A program made the position numbers and the translations under genes. Shown here one piece after another: positions 59,691 through 64,000 of a stretch of DNA of 64,000 bases; position 1 is the stretch's first letter; each line of letters starts with the position of its first letter. The stretch lies in IMG/VR virus record IMGVR_UViG_3300027770_000034. One strand, written 5' to 3'. The notes beneath the pieces are model-generated. The model was not told where the DNA came from. It searched no databases and saw nothing but the letters and a program-made list of their open reading frames with translations. The stretch comes from a virus. Its lineage: Duplodnaviria > Heunggongvirae > Uroviricota > Caudoviricetes.

Positions 59691-59711
59691 TTTCAAAACT
59701 ATTTATATTAT

Positions 59712-60260
59712 ATGAAAAAGATTATAAGACTTACAGAATCTGATTTGACTAGAATAGTTGAAAAAGTTATTAACGAATCAAGATATGATGATAACATAAT
59801 TTCCGAACAAGCAACTAGTTTTGGTGCTGTGTTTCCAAGTGTTTATATGTTAACATCAAAGGATGTAAAAACACAACCATTGATGGGGGGAACTAATAAT
59901 ACAAATATTATTTATCTTGAAAAGAAAGATGCAAATGGAAAACCTGTTCCTAATACAAAATTTTCATACAAACTTACAGGCAAATATAAGTTCATACCAT
60001 TTAACATTATTCTTAGAAATGTTTTTAGAGATTCTGCAGGAGTATTGAGAGCAGAGGCGTTACCGAGTAATGGAATAGTAAAGGCGGCAATGCAAGCATT
60101 GATAGGAAAGAAATACTTATCTCCCGATGGCTGGTTAAAAATTGCGGCACCTGCAGATAAACTTAATGATGCATTGGTTCAACTACATCAGAACAAGGGT
60201 TCAAGCGCCGAGTTGGAGTTGAATGGTGGTGTGGACATAACATTAAAACAAGTTCAATAA
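59712..60260 (+). CDS. hypothetical protein, IRLTExDL N-terminal family
   Basis: MKKIIRLTESDLTRIVEKVINES. Confidence 0.5.
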   Translation: MKKIIRLTESDLTRIVEKVINESRYDDNIISEQATSFGAVFPSVYMLTSKDVKTQPLMGGTNNTNIIYLEKKDANGKPVPNTKFSYKLTGKYKFIPFNIILRNVFRDSAGVLRAEALPSNGIVKAAMQALIGKKYLSPDGWLKIAAPADKLNDALVQLHQNKGSSAELELNGGVDITLKQVQ

Positions 60261-60267
60261 AATTTAA

Positions 60268-60296
60268 ACCCTTCTTAACTGAGGGGTTTTTTATTT
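60268..60296 (+). terminator. Rho-independent terminator
   Basis: CCCTTC TTAACT GAGGGG plus T6. Confidence 0.7.
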
Positions 60297-60324
60297 TCAA
60301 GACTATTTATTATAAATTAAAATT

Positions 60325-60966
60325 ATGAAACATATATTGAATGATTTAACGGAACAAGAAAAAAATGCAATCCGTGAACAACATACAGGTGGTATGAAAG
60401 TAATCACTGAGAATTTCTCTAAATTGACTAACTCAAAACTTGGGGATTCTAAACCGTTTGTTAATGAACAACCGATGCCTTACAAACCAAGTGCTGCGGC
60501 AGTAAGTATGAGTAAACCAATTATAGGTATGTTACCTCAGATAAAAGCATGTGTTGCTCAAGGAGGATATCCTAAACTTGCTGAGTTCTTAAAGAAACAA
60601 GAAAATAAGCAATTGGATAATATTGTTATAGATATGCTTATGACTTTTTCGGTTAAAAAAGACCCTCAAGCTTCTAGTGAAATAGGTAAATTAATTGAGT
60701 GTTTGAAAAAAACAACAGGTACAAGTACAGTTCAAAACAAAGGTGTTAACGAACAAGTTAAACCTGTCGCACAAACAGGGTATGTTAGAAATCCCCGAGG
60801 ATATACAAAACCGACTCAATTTGTTCCATGTGCAAGTCTTGGAATTAAAAGTTTAGGAAGTTGTGATTCAAAAACAAAGAGACCTGTAGATTACTGTTCA
60901 GCGTTAGGAGTTAAGACACCAGGTTATTGTTTTACGGATAATAAACAACCTGTACCGAATTCGTGA
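60325..60966 (+). CDS. hypothetical protein
   Basis: 213-aa ORF. Cys-rich C-terminus. Confidence 0.45.
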   Translation: MKHILNDLTEQEKNAIREQHTGGMKVITENFSKLTNSKLGDSKPFVNEQPMPYKPSAAAVSMSKPIIGMLPQIKACVAQGGYPKLAEFLKKQENKQLDNIVIDMLMTFSVKKDPQASSEIGKLIECLKKTTGTSTVQNKGVNEQVKPVAQTGYVRNPRGYTKPTQFVPCASLGIKSLGSCDSKTKRPVDYCSALGVKTPGYCFTDNKQPVPNS

Positions 60967-60990
60967 GTTGTTAAAGAAAAACTTATACAA

Positions 60991-61018
60991 ACCCCACCTC
61001 GTAAGTGGGGTTTTTTTA
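60991..61018 (+). terminator. Rho-independent terminator
   Basis: CCCCACCTCGTAAGTGGGG plus T7. Confidence 0.75.
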
Positions 61019-61056
61019 TGTGGGTATATTAGAAATATATTTCCAATTGTTTAACA

Positions 61057-61947
61057 ATGTGTAAAGTAGAACCTTACTATTATGTAAAGTTAGAAATATA
61101 TTTCCAAAACATGACCCCATCTTTCAAATGGACCCCAATTGTGGAAAAAAAATTTTTTGGATATTTTAATAAAAATGTCTTATGTTTGCTTCAAAGTGAA
61201 CATATGAGTAAATTAGAATTAGCACTGTCAAAGTATTACAAGAGAAAGGAAACGAATCCTCCATATCATTTAACTCTTCAAGAATTTGTAATTGATTGTT
61301 TTTTGGATTATTCTCCATCAAGTTATGGTAAGTATATTCAAGAAAAGATTATAAACTCTTGTATTGTTGAGGATGTGAATATTAAAAGAATATCTGATAA
61401 AGATAATAAGGGGGATTGTGAATTGGTATATCCTCTTAGCTCATTAAATACTTTTTACATAAAGGACAGCAAAAAAATACCATTCACATGGACTCCATCT
61501 CAAAAGTTTGTTATTAGAAAGAATTATGAAATCAAGGTTTCATATTTGGGGAAGAATAATTGTTATACACTTAGGAACATAAGACCATATCAAACTGTGA
61601 GTGGGGGATATATCATTTGTTTGATAGATTGTGTTTCAGATTTCCAACCAAATTTTTATCTTGTGGATGAGAATGTAATTTTTAAAAATCTTACTCTTAG
61701 TCATATGAATGGGGTTAGTTCGGAACACACAAATAATTCTTTTGAAAACTATGGTGCATCTATTGGTGATGGGAATCATAGTCATTCTATTTTGAAAAAT
61801 CATAATCAACTGAAAGGTACAACATTGGAAGATTTGATTTCCTATCTCAAAGAAAACCAAGAGGGAATGAAAACTGAATTCTTAAAAAGGAAAGATGAGT
61901 TGTTAGTTGAATTCAATGAAGGATGTGAAAGGTATTTGGCAAGATAA
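61057..61947 (+). CDS. hypothetical protein
   Basis: 296-aa ORF. The true start may be the ATG at about 61108 (MTPSFKW). Confidence 0.45.
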   Translation: MCKVEPYYYVKLEIYFQNMTPSFKWTPIVEKKFFGYFNKNVLCLLQSEHMSKLELALSKYYKRKETNPPYHLTLQEFVIDCFLDYSPSSYGKYIQEKIINSCIVEDVNIKRISDKDNKGDCELVYPLSSLNTFYIKDSKKIPFTWTPSQKFVIRKNYEIKVSYLGKNNCYTLRNIRPYQTVSGGYIICLIDCVSDFQPNFYLVDENVIFKNLTLSHMNGVSSEHTNNSFENYGASIGDGNHSHSILKNHNQLKGTTLEDLISYLKENQEGMKTEFLKRKDELLVEFNEGCERYLAR

Positions 61948-62062
61948 TATTTAAACAAATAATATGGATTATTCTATGATTATATTTTTTGGAATGACCA
62001 TCATTATTTTTGGTGGGACAATAATACATGAATTTCTTTCTGAGAGAAAAAAGAAATAATAT

Positions 62063-62284
62063 ATGAATAAACAGATATTCAAGAGATGTCCCACCCTTGG
62101 GGAGTATCATGGTATGGCTCTTCCGTATGTTAAATCTCAAGAAGAGTATAGGGAGTTTTATAACCAACATAAAGAAATAATTGATATGGAAGCTCAGGTA
62201 TATAGTGAGATATTCAACGATAGGAAGACAATGGGTGGTAATGACGAAATACATAAAATGAATTACGATGAGAGAAACAATTGA
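62063..62284 (+). CDS. small protein ending in GGNDEIHKMNY repeat unit
   Basis: First of three tandem, diverging copies of a unit whose C-terminus is L/M-GGN-x-x-IHK. Confidence 0.35.
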   Translation: MNKQIFKRCPTLGEYHGMALPYVKSQEEYREFYNQHKEIIDMEAQVYSEIFNDRKTMGGNDEIHKMNYDERNN

Positions 62285-62453
62285 TGTTATAAAACAACAA
62301 TATACATTTTTACACCCCGACGGTAGTGTGTGGTTTGATTTATCGGAGGATGTAAAGAGATTTGAAACTTTTCGTATTAGACACAATTTGGGTGGGAATA
62401 AAGGAATACATAAAATAAATTATAGTGAATCCAAGAGAACAGAAAATAATTAA
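62268..62453 (+). CDS. small protein ending in GGNKGIHKINY repeat unit
   Basis: Second copy. A third degenerate copy (LGGNDGIHKCGAE) ends at about 62545. Confidence 0.35.
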   Translation: MRETIDVIKQQYTFLHPDGSVWFDLSEDVKRFETFRIRHNLGGNKGIHKINYSESKRTENN

Positions 62454-62555
62454 TAAGAGAAGGGAAGAATTGATTCTTTATACTAGGTATTTGATTAGGA
62501 TAAGTTTGGGCGGCAATGATGGAATACACAAGTGTGGGGCAGAATAAATTCATCT

Positions 62556-62690
62556 TTTGACCAGATATTCGCCGACGGAACCGACTCCGTCGGTATTTTC
62601 CCCCGTTTTTTTGACCGACCGTCCCCGACCGACTTCGTCGGTTCGGTCCTTGTCCCTTCTTAATGACCACCTCATTATGACCATCTAAAA
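62556..62690. repeat. GC-rich inverted-repeat island
   Basis: CGCCGACGGAACCGACTCCGTCGG and GACCGACCGTCCCCGACCGACTTCGTCGGTTCGGTCC contain several CCGACGG/CCGTCGG and CGACCGA/TCGGTCG inverted repeats. ORF-free. Confidence 0.7.
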
Positions 62691-62729
62691 AAATTGTCCG
62701 TCTCGTTTTAATTTTATATCTTTATTATA

Positions 62730-63497
62730 ATGAAAAAAATAATTGATGAACTTATAAATTGTTCCATTAAGGGTGTGGATGTTTATCGGTGGAAGAATGC
62801 CACATGGTTAATCTTTACTGATGAAACGAGATGGGTTGTTGAGTTGACCGATGAGGGAACCTTATGGTATAACTATAAATTCTTTAAGGATATATTCAAA
62901 TATGTTTCAATAACCGTTGGAACCGAAATGGATGGGTATATTATTCAGTGGGCTAATGATTATTTCTATAAGGACTGTGCTCATCGTTCGGCAGCCTTTC
63001 CTCGGGATGTAGGTAGATACGAAACCTTCAAGGTTGTTGAAAATGGAATTAAGGAGACTAAAGAACGTGGTAAGAATCATGGTGATGAATTTGAATGGCA
63101 TACTCGTGCTGTGATTGGTAAAGGTATTAAAGAAGTATATGATTCAAGTTCAACTCATAGACAGATGAGAGCTGAGAATTTAATTCCTAAAATTGTTAAG
63201 GGTGTTAAACCAAATATTATATATTCAGAACAAACAGGAGTGTATGACCCCGACTGTAACGGAAATAAAACTGAGATATGGAGGATTGTTGAAGAAGTCA
63301 AACCTAATGTTGTATTCCACGGAATTGATGAAAAGTATATGTCATTTGTGCCATCATGCAATGCAAACAATACGGATATTTCTTTAATTGTTAAAGGTGG
63401 AATAAAAAATATCTATCCCGACCAAAATTCGGGAGAGTATGATTGGTCTGATGAGTTTGAAGCTGGCAAGGTTATTGAAGGTGGACTAAAATTATAA
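62730..63497 (+). CDS. hypothetical protein
   Basis: 255-aa ORF. Confidence 0.5.
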   Translation: MKKIIDELINCSIKGVDVYRWKNATWLIFTDETRWVVELTDEGTLWYNYKFFKDIFKYVSITVGTEMDGYIIQWANDYFYKDCAHRSAAFPRDVGRYETFKVVENGIKETKERGKNHGDEFEWHTRAVIGKGIKEVYDSSSTHRQMRAENLIPKIVKGVKPNIIYSEQTGVYDPDCNGNKTEIWRIVEEVKPNVVFHGIDEKYMSFVPSCNANNTDISLIVKGGIKNIYPDQNSGEYDWSDEFEAGKVIEGGLKL

Positions 63498-63500
63498 TGC

Positions 63501-63725
63501 ATGAAAGATTTAATATTTGAGGTTGATGATTATTTTGGTGAATCCTACATGAAAAAATATCAAGTTGATATGGGTAACCTTAAGGACCGAATTATGGGAG
63601 TACGTAATAAAGCGTGGAGTCCATGGAAAGATTTGACAATGGAAGCGTTGGATTATTATCTAATGTTCATACCTGATTTAATGAGTAAAAGAAATAAAAT
63701 AATACATGTCCAAACTGTTCCATAG
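63501..63725 (+). CDS. hypothetical protein
   Basis: 74-aa ORF coupled to the upstream gene. Confidence 0.45.
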   Translation: MKDLIFEVDDYFGESYMKKYQVDMGNLKDRIMGVRNKAWSPWKDLTMEALDYYLMFIPDLMSKRNKIIHVQTVP

Positions 63726-64000
63726 TTTTTTTGATTCATTTCGGGTTAAAAACGAATCACCAACTATTGTTCATATTGGTAGAAATAGTATTGGCTCCAT
63801 TGAATTTTTTCCGTCTGATAAAAATCCATTCATGGAAGATTATGGCTATGTTCGTGTTTATGATAACGGTGAACTATTTGTTGATGAACATTTGGCTAAA
63901 TTGATTACCTATACCGATTCACATAGTGAGTTCATGGAATTCTGTTTTGATTTATGGAAGAAAAAAACAAATCAAAAAATTTACCCCAATTGTGTTATTA

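Overview
This 64 kb window is AT-rich and gene-dense, with genes on both strands. The many Rho-independent terminators (GC hairpin plus T-run) point to a bacterial virus, not a eukaryotic giant virus or a chromosome. At least nine start-proximal copies of the Bacteroidetes sigma-A -7 promoter motif TAnnTTTG occur (as TATCTTTG or TACCTTTG), several with a TTTGAC element about 19 nt upstream. With SD-less starts, Bacteroidetes-type signal peptides and a Bacteroidetes histone H1-like gene, the host is most likely a Flavobacteriia or Bacteroidetes bacterium. No capsid, terminase or polymerase genes appear in 64 kb, so the genome is probably large.

Recognisable content:
- DNA and chaperone genes: a DnaJ-like co-chaperone, two DNA methyltransferases (Dam-like DPPY and beta-class SPPY), a thioredoxin and a glutaredoxin-like protein.
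- Tail fibers: three tandem, translationally coupled collagen-like (G-X-Y) fibers, each with a C-terminal self-cleaving Peptidase_S74 intramolecular-chaperone domain.
- Proposed sulfation pathway: an APS-kinase-like gene coupled to a small NMNAT-type nucleotidyltransferase, two paralogous sulfotransferase-like genes and a DHH phosphoesterase.
- Glycan genes: a GT2, GT2-TPR and UDP-galactopyranose mutase operon, plus an LpxH-like metallophosphoesterase with another GT2.
- Cofactor and nucleotide genes: PduO-type adenosyltransferase, Nudix hydrolase, DUF192, a Dps-like protein and DUF3310.
- Other recognisable domains: SPFH, DUF932, ParB-like, FeoA-like, hotdog thioesterase, Smr, several HExxH (SprT-like) proteins and three signal-peptide proteins.

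Non-coding highlights:
- A roughly 1.6 kb ORF-free, GC-elevated island at 29.3-30.9 kb carries four consensus promoters, an initiator-like tRNA-Met, a terminated small RNA and a candidate large structured ncRNA of about 1 kb.
- A compositionally anomalous region at 55.85-58.1 kb carries five DnaA-box-like TTATCCACA 9-mers, poly-C/G tracts and many hairpins, and may be an origin.
- A run of single-gene cassettes at 58.1-61.0 kb is bounded by near-identical terminators.
- At least eight proteins across the window share a conserved N-terminal motif.
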